Shown: piece after piece, positions 13,801 through 23,457 of the stretch
Position numbering within the stretch: the first letter of the stretch is position 1
Layout of the letters: each line of letters begins with the position of its first letter
Source: Phallusia mammillata
Lineage: Eukaryota
Length of the DNA: 64,000 bases
Direction of reading: 5' to 3'
NCBI GenBank assembly: GCA_965637545.1
Contig: OZ281497.1
Span: forward strand, 27,218,001-27,282,000
Notes under the pieces: generated by a model
What the model was told of the DNA's origin: nothing
Seen by the model: the letters and a program-made list of their open reading frames with translations, nothing else
Databases searched by the model: none
Program-made: the position numbers and the translations under genes

Positions 13801-16082
13801 GTCATGTACTATCGGGTGAGCTCGATCTATAGCACATTTGTGACATCTAACAATGCTTTATCTTTATTATGTTGTATTATACTGCCCTAGGACAGTGGTC
13901 TTCAACCTTTTTTAAACGCGACCCAAACTGAAGAGAAAATGAAATAAGCATTTACATGCGACCCCATTTTTTTAAAAAAATGTTTAAAGCAATCCCGAAA
14001 CTGAATGTGAAGTTATATTTTCATTTGTTAACGCTTGCTTCACAATTTGCGCAATCTTTTAAGCGGTACGCAAATGCAAAAGCATTGACCTGTCCGAATC
14101 TGAAATATCAACATCAGTATTTACAGCAGAACTGGGAATTTTGCGGCCCGCGGGCCACATCCGGTGTGTTGACTGTACTTGTTTCGCTGCATACGTGAAG
14201 TTTCGCTGCACTAAAACAAAATTAAACATGGCGTATTTAGGATGTGCATTTACCATTTGAGTGTAATATTGCAAGCTATGGGGGAAAAATGAGCAGAATT
14301 AAGTTCAAGTTATTGTTGGTTCGGTTCTCCCATCCCTGATTTGTTTATTACAACAATAGAAATATTTTGTAACCTAACCTGCATTAACCTGATAAACGTC
14401 ACATTGTTGATTTCTCACTTTTGCTTTGTTACAAATTGACATGTGACATTTTGCTTTAACATCAGCTGAAGAACCTCGACCTCTCATGGAACAATATCGG
14501 TGATCGTGGTGCAGGTTTATTGGCTGGTTGCCTTCACAATTTCGAAATGCTTGTGCTGTTCGATTGTGGGATCGGAAGCGAAGGAGTGAGACACCTAAGC
14601 GATTCTGTACTGCAACTGGAAAAACCTGTAAGAAAGTTTTATTTATGCACGTGAACAATTATAAGGAACGTTTAGTTTTCCATTTATGCCCGATTACTTG
14701 GGTAAGAATGTATTGATTCTATAAAGGATATGCTATAGCATATATATATAAACAGTAAATTTGAAACATACCATAACTCTTAGTACGCCAGGCCTATAAA
14801 AGGCGTTATACCGAATCGTTACAATTCGTGTAGACTACCAAGCGGTTAACACATGCCAAAGCATGAACCTGTACGAATCTGGAAAATCAACTGCAGTATT
14901 TACAGAAATATATTATTACTTGGTCTGCAAACGTCACATTGTTGATTTTTTACGTTTAATTTTTTACGAATTGACATGTGTTATTTTTCTTTAACATCAG
15001 CTGAATAGCATCAACCTCTCCAAGAACAAGGTCGGTGATCAGGGTGCATCTTTATTGGCTCGTTGTCTTCAGAATACCGAAATATTAAGGCTGAGGTCAT
15101 GTAACATCGGAAGAGAAGGAGTCAGACAACTGTGCGATTCTGTACTGAACCTGGAAAAACCTGTAAGTCGTTTTGTGTATCCACGTGTACAGCCTTAAGA
15201 TAAAAATGGATTTATAATTAGCACATTTTGTCGCTGATAACAACAGCATAAAACTGTTCTACAAAGTTTGTTTTCAGATTGGCCTTTAGTGTCAGCAGTA
15301 GATGTTGTCCCTTATCGATTATTTTTGTCGGATAAAAGATCGCGTTTGCCTACCCTGATGGCTTTCCAACATCACAAATCAAGCAGTCACATAACTACTT
15401 ATTTTTTTGTTTCAAGTCTAAGTCGCGCAAACCTTTCTGCTGGAATGGATTTCACAATGATTTGTGTTTAATAGCTGTAGTCAGCCCATGCCAATACAAA
15501 TTTTTACCACACATTTTTGGATTGGCTCGAATCGCATGCTTTAAACGAACAACTCTAAAAAAACACAAATCTAAAAAAACACAAAAACTTTAAAAAATCT
15601 AAATAGTTTTAAAAAAAATAAGGCAAAACAACAACAGCTATAAGATAATGCGCAGCTGGATTTGCAGATGTTAACCATAAACAACTGGAAAATATTAATT
15701 TGGTTGTAAAGACATATCATTACATTATTAAGTGTTTTCTGCGAAATAGTTCCTAGCTTAGTTTGATTGACAAGAAAAATACAGTTTTGCAATTCTTATG
15801 TCTGGTCATCATGTTGTTTAAGTACGATTACGTAATATAATGACATAATATTTTTAAAATTGATTCTGTAAAAATACATAAATCATACTGATGGAATTTA
15901 GCAGTTGTTTTATTTAGATGGAATTTCTTGATCTGTCTAACAACAAGCTGACAGATGAAAGTGCTCAGTCATTGGCTCGATGTGTTCACAACATCAGCGT
16001 TTTGTGTGTTTCGTTTAACAACTTCACACGAGCAGGAAAGGATCTCATCAGATCAAAATCGCGAGGAAGAGTTAGGTTCTAA
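4211..16082 (+). CDS. NACHT-LRR (NLR) innate immune receptor, 9 predicted exons, ~1069 aa if the 1-nt frameshift at ~5605 is corrected
   Basis: Predicted exons 4211-4444, 4504-4885, 5013-6630, 7468-7629, 8253-8414, 10378-10539, 14466-14627, 15001-15162 and 15918-16082, all with GT-AG boundaries and compatible phases. Walker A GQAGIGKT, Walker B LIIFDGLDE, sensor-1 IFTSRP, winged-helix FSHLTWQEFFAA, RI-like LRRs. Confidence 0.85.
5013..6630 (+). CDS. NLR NACHT/WH/HD2 exon (frameshifted at ~5605)
   Basis: ORFs 4973-5680 and 5647-6678 carry the two halves. GQAGIGKT at 5345-5368, DGLDE ending 5605, CYVPVNF, FSHLTWQEFFAA. Confidence 0.9.
7468..7629 (+). CDS. NLR LRR cassette exon 1 (162 bp, phase 0-0)
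   Basis: CATCAG|LKKLNLSDNKIGDLGASSLSRCLHKIEKLVLRGCDIGSEGVRQLCDSVLQLKTP|GTAAGT. Confidence 0.9.
8253..8414 (+). CDS. NLR LRR cassette exon 2
   Basis: CATCAG|LKNLDLSWNKIGDMGASFLARCHHNIEKLDLRWCDIGSEGVRQLWNSVLQLETP|GTGAGA. Confidence 0.88.
10378..10539 (+). CDS. NLR LRR cassette exon 3
   Basis: CATCAG|LKKLNLSSNKFGDVGAESLARCLYNIEMLELRGCEIGSEGVRLLCDSVLQLEKP|GTAAGA. Confidence 0.9.
10639..10710 (+). mobile_element. MITE-like terminus (CAGGGGTGGCCAAACTGCGGCTC...GAGCCGCA). Related termini at ~3700, 11146, 13893, 19083, 19903-20279, 20287, 32487 and 53960-54436
   Basis: CAG(G/T)GGT-type terminal motifs with short subterminal palindromes, typical of non-autonomous hAT-like MITEs. Full boundaries were not resolved. 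Confidence 0.45.
14466..14627 (+). CDS. NLR LRR cassette exon 4
   Basis: CATCAG|LKNLDLSWNNIGDRGAGLLAGCLHNFEMLVLFDCGIGSEGVRHLSDSVLQLEKP|GTAAGA. Confidence 0.88.
15001..15162 (+). CDS. NLR LRR cassette exon 5
   Basis: CATCAG|LNSINLSKNKVGDQGASLLARCLQNTEILRLRSCNIGREGVRQLCDSVLNLEKP|GTAAGT. Confidence 0.88.
15918..16082 (+). CDS. NLR terminal LRR exon
   Basis: TTTAG|MEFLDLSNNKLTDESAQSLARCVHNISVLCVSFNNFTRAGKDLIRSKSRGRVRF*. Confidence 0.85.
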   Translation: MEFLDLSNNKLTDESAQSLARCVHNISVLCVSFNNFTRAGKDLIRSKSRGRVRF

Positions 16083-17779
16083 ATACGTCATAAAAAATTC
16101 ATCAGTTTAAACAATTCCAAACAATTATCCGAAATGTTGTTTTGATAACCAACTCTAGTTCTTGTGCGTAACAGATATGGGCGCCGAACAAGGTTATAAA
16201 AGACAAGTGTAAAAACGCATTACTTATGTCACACGGTATTTGCTTGCTGTGCGGATAATGCAGTGTTACACTGTTTGTGTTGTACAAACGTTTTTGTAAA
16301 AGCATTAAATCATATTTGTTACCAAATAGTAATTACTTTAGTGTTTCAGTAAATCCGTCTATATTGTTTCATTGTGGCACTCTCGCTCTTGTAGGCCTTA
16401 CACATTACACGTAACTTTCTCAGCACCACAACCCTGTTCGTCTAGCGCCACCACTGTTGACACTACTATTAATCCGTATGTTGGCTTTGACGGCATCTCA
16501 TGATTTGATGCATTCGTCGCAATGCCGATTATTATTCGAGTTCCTGCTTGGTTTGACAAATCTCAAATTTAAATATAATTTTTTGCACTTTCTGGCCAAT
16601 TTGTTGTGACGTATTCATTAAGTGCGACTCCATTTAAGGTATTTATTAAAAACAACCTTCGAATGTAAATCTAAATGAAATTATTATGAAATTTTTTTCT
16701 GTGCTTGTATTCTTTTCATATTGTCACTTGTTGAAAACTGAAGTGCTGTAAAACTATTTTGTTTAAGGTTCCACTAAATACGTTGCTGTGTGTTTGATTG
16801 CTGTGAATTGGTTTCAAGCTTGAGCTTAGCGATGAAGGATTCTATATCGTTTAAAATTGTATTTAATTCTTGTGCTTTTTGACAATTTCGTTATGGTGTT
16901 GGGCTTTTTACTATTGCAGAGTCAAAATCTTGTGTCTTAGACTCGAATATACAAAGCTGTAATGTTACACATATTCACTCGTTTTCTGTGCATTTTTTAC
17001 TTCTTATTGTCAGCGCTCAGTATTCAGTTTGTGGGTTTAGATTTATGGTCGACTTTGTGTATTCGGATTTAACTACTTAGTTTAACACAAAATCGTATAT
17101 GATTATGTGTGATTGAAACACTAAATATTGCGTTTGTCTGGTCAGGAGAAATGAGTTTCCTAAAAACATGACCGTTTAAACGTAAACTGTACTTCGCGAA
17201 CCCATGTTCTTTGAACACAAACGGATCGACTAATACTTGCCCAAAAGAGGTATATGCGATTGAATTCTAATGATATTGGAATTACAAAGTCCTGACCATC
17301 AAAATTGTAAATTTGTTTTTTGTTTTATAAAATGATTGGGTATAGAACCCAACACGAAAGGCTTTGGCTTTCATCGCCATTTTTTGCCCTGATTTTCTGT
17401 ATGTATTTGTGCTGACCTTATCTTGTTTTACTCTCGACCGCCCCACCCGATTTAAGTCGTTTTTTATCATTTTCCCTCCACGTGGTGACTGTATGTTTCG
17501 CTATCTTTACCAGGCTTTGTCATTCAAGGTGGCTAAAAGCGATAGTTTGTTGTATTTTGTCCCGAATAAATCAAATGTGCTCAAATTTAGATTCCTTAGG
17601 CCAGAATCTATTCGATTCAATCACTTACTTTATACGAAATTACTTATGTGAAAATCTTTGTCTCATTTGACCACACCGACAGTTGCAAACTCAAATAATC
17701 CTAACCATAAGTAGAAGTGATCTCAAGTAGTCTTTTAATTTATAGTCGGCTACAGGTTATTGATATCGCTCACCGAGAC

Positions 17780-19450
17780 GGTATTCCAGTGCTTTTGTGA
17801 TTGATGGGTTCTGGGTTGCTTTTGTAAAAAAATGACTGTGCATTGTATTTTTAAAAAATGATCTGCCTTCTAGTTTATATCACTTTGTAAGATACAGCGC
17901 TGTATTATTAGTTCGATAGAGAAAGTAAATGGTGATCTGTTGTGAGTGAGAGCAAGACAAATAAACTGTTACAAGATTTTCGTACTTCGGTGAACATTTA
18001 AGACGCAAGAAGCTGAATCATTACGGTGACGTTCTTAGTAAAAGCATGTGCACTGAACAATTATTACTAAACAAAATTTGAAACATAGAAAATATATCAA
18101 AATTCGTCTGCTAAAGCAAATTGATTTACTGTGACGTTGTGAAAATCATTATGTTGGGGACTTTCCCGTTTCCACCAAACTTTAGCGAATGAGTGAGTTT
18201 ATATTTCTAAACTGTTGATATCCAGAAAGTAGGAACAGTTCTCGCTACCGGTATAACTTATTTGTTTTTTTGGTCCTCGTTTGTTACGAAGTAATAACAT
18301 GCAAGCACAATAAACCAAACAAGGTCAACGTGTGACATGATTTCCCCGTCAAATTCTCACAAGAGAAAAGCTGCATCTTCACGCACCCCATTGTCCAATA
18401 CACCTTCAAAAGTTACCTTGCATAGTAATGAAGCATTAGTCAACACGCTGAGTGCTGTTTGTAATATATAATTTGAGGATTTTGCTGAAACTGTGATGTT
18501 TGGTGAAATTATTTCTAGTGGCACAGTTATCATTGTGTATTTGCTGGTACCTGAGATCTGGGCAGTGGCGGAATTCAATTTTTATTTTGCTTGTTCTATC
18601 ACAAAAGTCTTATTTTTAAGACCCTGTGATGCAGCGGGAAAGAAAAACTAGAGTTAGAGAAAAAAATGACCCTTTCCATAAATACTAAAATTAAAACGAA
18701 AATATGTTACAAAAGAGTTTTATTGTTTATTTTCTGCAGCCAGGTAAAGAGCATGCAAAGCGATCTCTTGTTTATGAAGAAGCACATGATGGAGAAGGTA
18801 TCACAAAACTTTGTAGACCAGGGGTGTGCAACTTATATTACTCAAAACCAATATACAGCTAACATGATTAGATCATAGGTTACACCTAGGAGTAACTTTG
18901 CCTTAACTGTTTGATGATAGTAATGATGATTTTGATGACTTTTTATCTTTACTTCCTGATTCTGTAATGAATGGAATCCAACTATGGCCAGGCCGAGTAA
19001 AAATAATTTTGTTTTGTGTTTTAAATAGCGTTTATTTATTTTTTGCACCAAGCCTAATTGTGTCAAGCATGATGTGTAGAGCTGGGGTGTCAAACTCAAA
19101 CAACTTTGAGGGCCAAAAACAAACTTTTAAGTAAGTCGAGGGCCGCACTATCATTTGTTAAAGTGTAATATGACAACAACAAAAGTGCATAATTAAAACA
19201 TAAAATGTTCATCAAAGTCATTACCTACATTAAAAAACAATCTTGTAATAAATAACAAACAGATATATAGTGTAGTTGAGTTAAAGAACAAACTGTACTT
19301 TATTGCTTTGTTTAAAAACAATAGCTTACAACAATGCAACAATCACAATTGCTGATTCTAAAGATGGGCTATTTCTATTGCCCTATCAAAATGTTGCATA
19401 TACCACTATAGGAAAATGATTGTATTATGTGAAATTTCTGGTCTGACAGA
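17780..19450 (+). pseudogene. Degenerate 5' fragment (copy 2) of the FBH1-like gene
   Basis: Similar to 43890-44362 and 53390-54330, e.g. the exon SHKRKAASSRTPLSNTPSK. The donor GTGAGT of copy 3 is CTGAGT here. Internal deletions. Confidence 0.6.
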
Positions 19451-20485
19451 GTATTTCACCTGCTCACAACAACAGAAGAGTTTCTAGTAGTTAGCTATAA
19501 CCGCGTCTAAACCATGAAGCGTAAAGATGTAAACTGGCGCGCATGTTAACACACAAGCTAACTGTTTCGTTTTGCACTGTGTGTGCGCGTAACAATACCT
19601 GTTTGTTACTAGTTGTCTAACAATAGTTGTCTATAAACATCTGTGTCTCAAGAAAACACGACATTCGATGCTACGTGGTAACGTGGGAAGTTTCATTTGC
19701 TTTAACTGTGTATCTAATATGTAAGGAACTAACTAACAACAAAAAGTCGAAAGTCGCAGTGGCATTTTATTATAAATGTAAAAAGGTTACGAAGGATCAG
19801 AGTATCGTATCTAACGTTTTCTCGTGTCGCCGTCTGTGGGACTTTCGAATGTTCAAAATTTGTTCCGTAATAGTAGTGATTGGATCGCAAAATGATTAAC
19901 GCAGCGGTTCTCGGATCCGGGGTCCTTTAGGGGTCCGTGAGGCAATTTGGGTACCGCAAAAAGGTGGAAGTAATTCTATATTCCTATTTGCCGTCAGTTT
20001 GTGCAACTGAATAAGTGAGAATAGACCGTCTCCATTTCTTAACTAAGCTTTTGTTGCACGCTTAACAGTGATCTCACACAAACATTATGACGTCACAATA
20101 GAATAATTCACTATCACGCCAAATAGCCATGAAATTGTTATTGGGAAACAATTTATAGCCTTGAGAAAAAAATAATGTTTCGAAACGTAGATGCTCCAAT
20201 TGTCACAAAAACTAGCGACCCAACACAATTTACAGGCGACCCAACTTTGGATCGCGACCCATAGGTTGGGAAACACTGCCTTATACCAGTGTTTCTCAAC
20301 CTTTTTTCTTTTACGGCCCCTTTTACGTGTACGTGATTATAAACGACCCCTCAAAACTGACAAAAATCAAAACGTTATTGCTTCCCGTACAATTTCAATG
20401 CGATAATTGAGAGCCGAATGCTTGACAAGATATGTTTTAGCACCGAATCATGAATATTCATGGTTAATTCAACAGGATACCACTA

Positions 20486-21414
20486 CGGTACCTGAAGGTA
20501 TATAGGCCCGGAAGGTAATAAGGCCCACTGCTAATATTTTTGTGCCAGGAAAATGCTTCCGTTTTGATGTAATTTTAAAATATATTTGTACTCAAAATGA
20601 TTTACAAAGTTTTGGACCTGAAAGTTATATGTAATTGTTATCATGACCAATCCAAATTAAGAAGTGTTTATTTTTAACTTTTTATTATTTTTTGTTAAAA
20701 TTGGTAACAAAAATGAAAAGGTTGTGTTGTCGAAATGAAAACTTATTAAGATATATTAGTAATGGGGTCATTTTAGTTTAATTGGAGCATTATCCGATCT
20801 GGAAAAAAGAATACTTCAAATAAATTTTATTACGGTTTTGTTTGTCAGCCATTGCTTGCAATAAGGCCCAACGATTTTTTGTCATTTTCTCAAGTGTCTT
20901 TTGTAGCGAAGGCGACTGATATGCACAAAATTTGCTTTTTTGCTTTCTTAGGGAGATAAACAGTCCGAATAAGATGTTTGTGGAAGTAGTCTTGGATTTA
21001 ATATTTTTGGTTATCAAACGTCAAGGGGTCGTTTATTCTTTGTTTTAGTACCTTCAGATTAACAGTTATATGTCTTAGTTAACAGTATATATGTAATGAG
21101 TTAATAACGTTGCTTGTTTGAACTTTTATTTGACCGAAGCAAAGTATAAATGAGTTTGATTGGTTTCTAGACTATTTTTAAAAACATGAAAATGTTGGGC
21201 TTTATTAACAACATAGGTTTGTATTAAGGCCCAAGTTTTAATTTTTTTTAAACTGTTATCCTACAAAAACAAAACTTGCAAACGTCTTCAAAATTTAATG
21301 GATGTTTAATATCAACCTCTGCAACAATCATGCCGAATTTGGCCTGGAACGGTTAAATGGGTTTTCACTTATACGCAATAGCTTTTTAATGGGCCTTGTT
21401 AGCTGCAGGTACCT
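20486..21414 (+). mobile_element. ~930-bp TA-target MITE (Tc1/mariner-like non-autonomous element), copy 1
   Basis: TA|CGGTACCTG...CAGGTACCT|TA. Near-identical reverse complement of 50412-51348. Confidence 0.85.
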
Positions 21415-22122
21415 TAAGTGCAGACAGTGCTCATTGCATTTAGCTTGGTACGCACGAATGGCCAAAACTGACATTCCCCATTTCAAGGTTTTTTTTAAAA
21501 GCCCCCTTTGTATTCCCAAATACGGCCCGTATTTAAGATGCATATGTTTCTGCATGACATGTAAGGAAAGACAACGCTAAGTGAAACACCAACATTTTTA
21601 TGAAGCAAACGGCAACTAATTAAAATCACTTTCAGTAAGCGTGTTCCCACTATCTGACGTTTTTGAAACGTTTTAAAAAGTTTTTTTTTCTCGGGGACCC
21701 TACTTCTGTACGTCAACAGTAAAAAAGCCACACGTACTCGGGTGCTAGCTAGGTTCGACCAAGCACAAGTCAATTAGTACCTGCAAATTTTGCTTTCAAT
21801 TTTTTTTGCTTTCAAAAGTTTGCTTTCAGACAAGCTCCGACAAATGACGCATTGTGATTTGTATAAAATGCATTGCCAATCGCCCAATTATTCTCCAGCG
21901 CCCTCTTACTGATAGGAAACGCCCCCAGGGGGCGCTGGCGCGCCTGTTACGAACTGCTTAGACTGACTGGAGTGTTTTAACTGCAGTAAACGTGAGCATC
22001 ATGCAAGGGTCTGTCACATCGAGAGAGCAGGATCTGGTTAAGGTTTGCCTCAACCAAATGTAACCAGATCCAACCAAATGTTTTGCGCCAACCAGAATAA
22101 AACTTATTTACTGAGTTTGCAG

Positions 22123-22279
22123 CTCCAGCGAATGCTATGACACTTTGCAACTATATTAACATGTGAAAGTCCTTAATCAATTTGGAAGCGGCGGCAATCC
22201 AACTAATATCTATGATAATACACACGGGGTTAATGACAAATTGGATTCAGTTTACGATAAGGTTCGACGTTACAAATAA
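22123..22279 (+). pseudogene. Internally deleted lectin-receptor remnant (start of TM exon fused to ITIM tail end)
   Basis: CTGAGTTTGCAG|CTCCAGCGAA matches the TM-exon acceptor at 40612-40633. It is followed by YDTLQLY*HVKVLNQFGSGGNPTNIYDNTHGVNDKLDSVYDKVRRYK*, homologous to 41612-41755. Confidence 0.75.
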
Positions 22280-22730
22280 CCCAAACAAACTGAAATTTGA
22301 TTTCAAACTGTTGAATAATTAAATCTCATTTTTTGTGACCATCTGCAATCATGAAGTTAATTACGAAAGCATTTTACAATTTTTTTTAACCGTTTTGTAC
22401 ACGAACATATTTTGCAAAAATGAGCGTTTTTTCGGGTTTCCATTCAAGAAAGCCATTGCCAGCAATACAGAACAAGTTTGTCTGCGTATAGGCGACCGAG
22501 CGTTTTAGACAACGTTCGTCTTTGGCCCAAAGTGGATATCTATGTTTCATTCTTTTGCTTTCTTCAATTTACACAATAAACCTAATTATTATAAAACCTG
22601 TGTTTGCCAGTTTGACAAATCAGCTCAAAAATGAACAGTTGCGTTGTATGTTTATTTACATTTTGTAATCAGCAGCATTGCCAAATAAAGTAAGCGTTAG
22701 CTTGTGTTGTAAGTGTAAAGGCAAATGTAA

Positions 22731-23180
22731 ATACAAGTTACATGGATAGAAATTATTTAGCAAAAGTGTCGAATTAATTTTTGTCAGGTATTGTGTTATT
22801 CCGATTTGTACATGAAAGGCTTTTCGAACATAAAAATAACACGTAGTGAATGTAACTTTGGGTGTTCCTGGTCCAATAATTGCCCTTCATTACACCAGAG
22901 TTCAGGCTAATGTTATAAACTGAGCGGTGATTAGAATATTCAAATTCTATTGAAATTTCACGTCATGAAGTTATTGTATTGATGTCTTTTTTTGTTTGGT
23001 ATTTTCAAGAATATTCGTTCCGAGAGGCTAATTTCGTGCCCATAAGATAAGTTCTTGATTAATGCGTTAATACAAAGTCGGAAGCATCAAATTGCAATGT
23101 AGAAACTTTTAGCAGTAGTCACAGTATACTTATTGCTAAAGAGTTTAGTGGTTAAGGTGAATAGATGTTCTGTTATTATT
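22731..23180 (+). repeat. Duplicated upstream block preceding lectin genes (second copy 28261-28740)
   Basis: Colinear similarity, e.g. CTGAGCGGTGATTAGAATATT and AGTCACAGTATACTTATTGCTAAAGAGTTTAG in both copies. Confidence 0.7.
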
Positions 23181-23457
23181 TTTTTCCATAACTTATTTCA
23201 CTTTCTTACCAGCCAAAACATTTTGCAAAAGACAATATCTCCAAACCTTTAAGTTTTCAGATTGATATGTTTGTAACTACCACTTACAATCCAGACTTTT
23301 TCTTTTTACTTATTTTATAGACTTGAGTGTCAAAGGTATTGAAAAAAATAACGAGGTATAAACAAATATATCCATATAAGCAAGCTCCTGTCTGAGCCTA
23401 AGGTTTAGTAAAAGACTGTCTTTGAAGGAAGTTGTTATTGCTAAAAATTTAACAAAG

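Noticed and set aside
7468-15162. Repeat-spacer appearance suggesting a CRISPR-like array
   Set aside because: The repeats are spliceable protein-coding LRR exons in a eukaryotic gene, and there are no cas genes.
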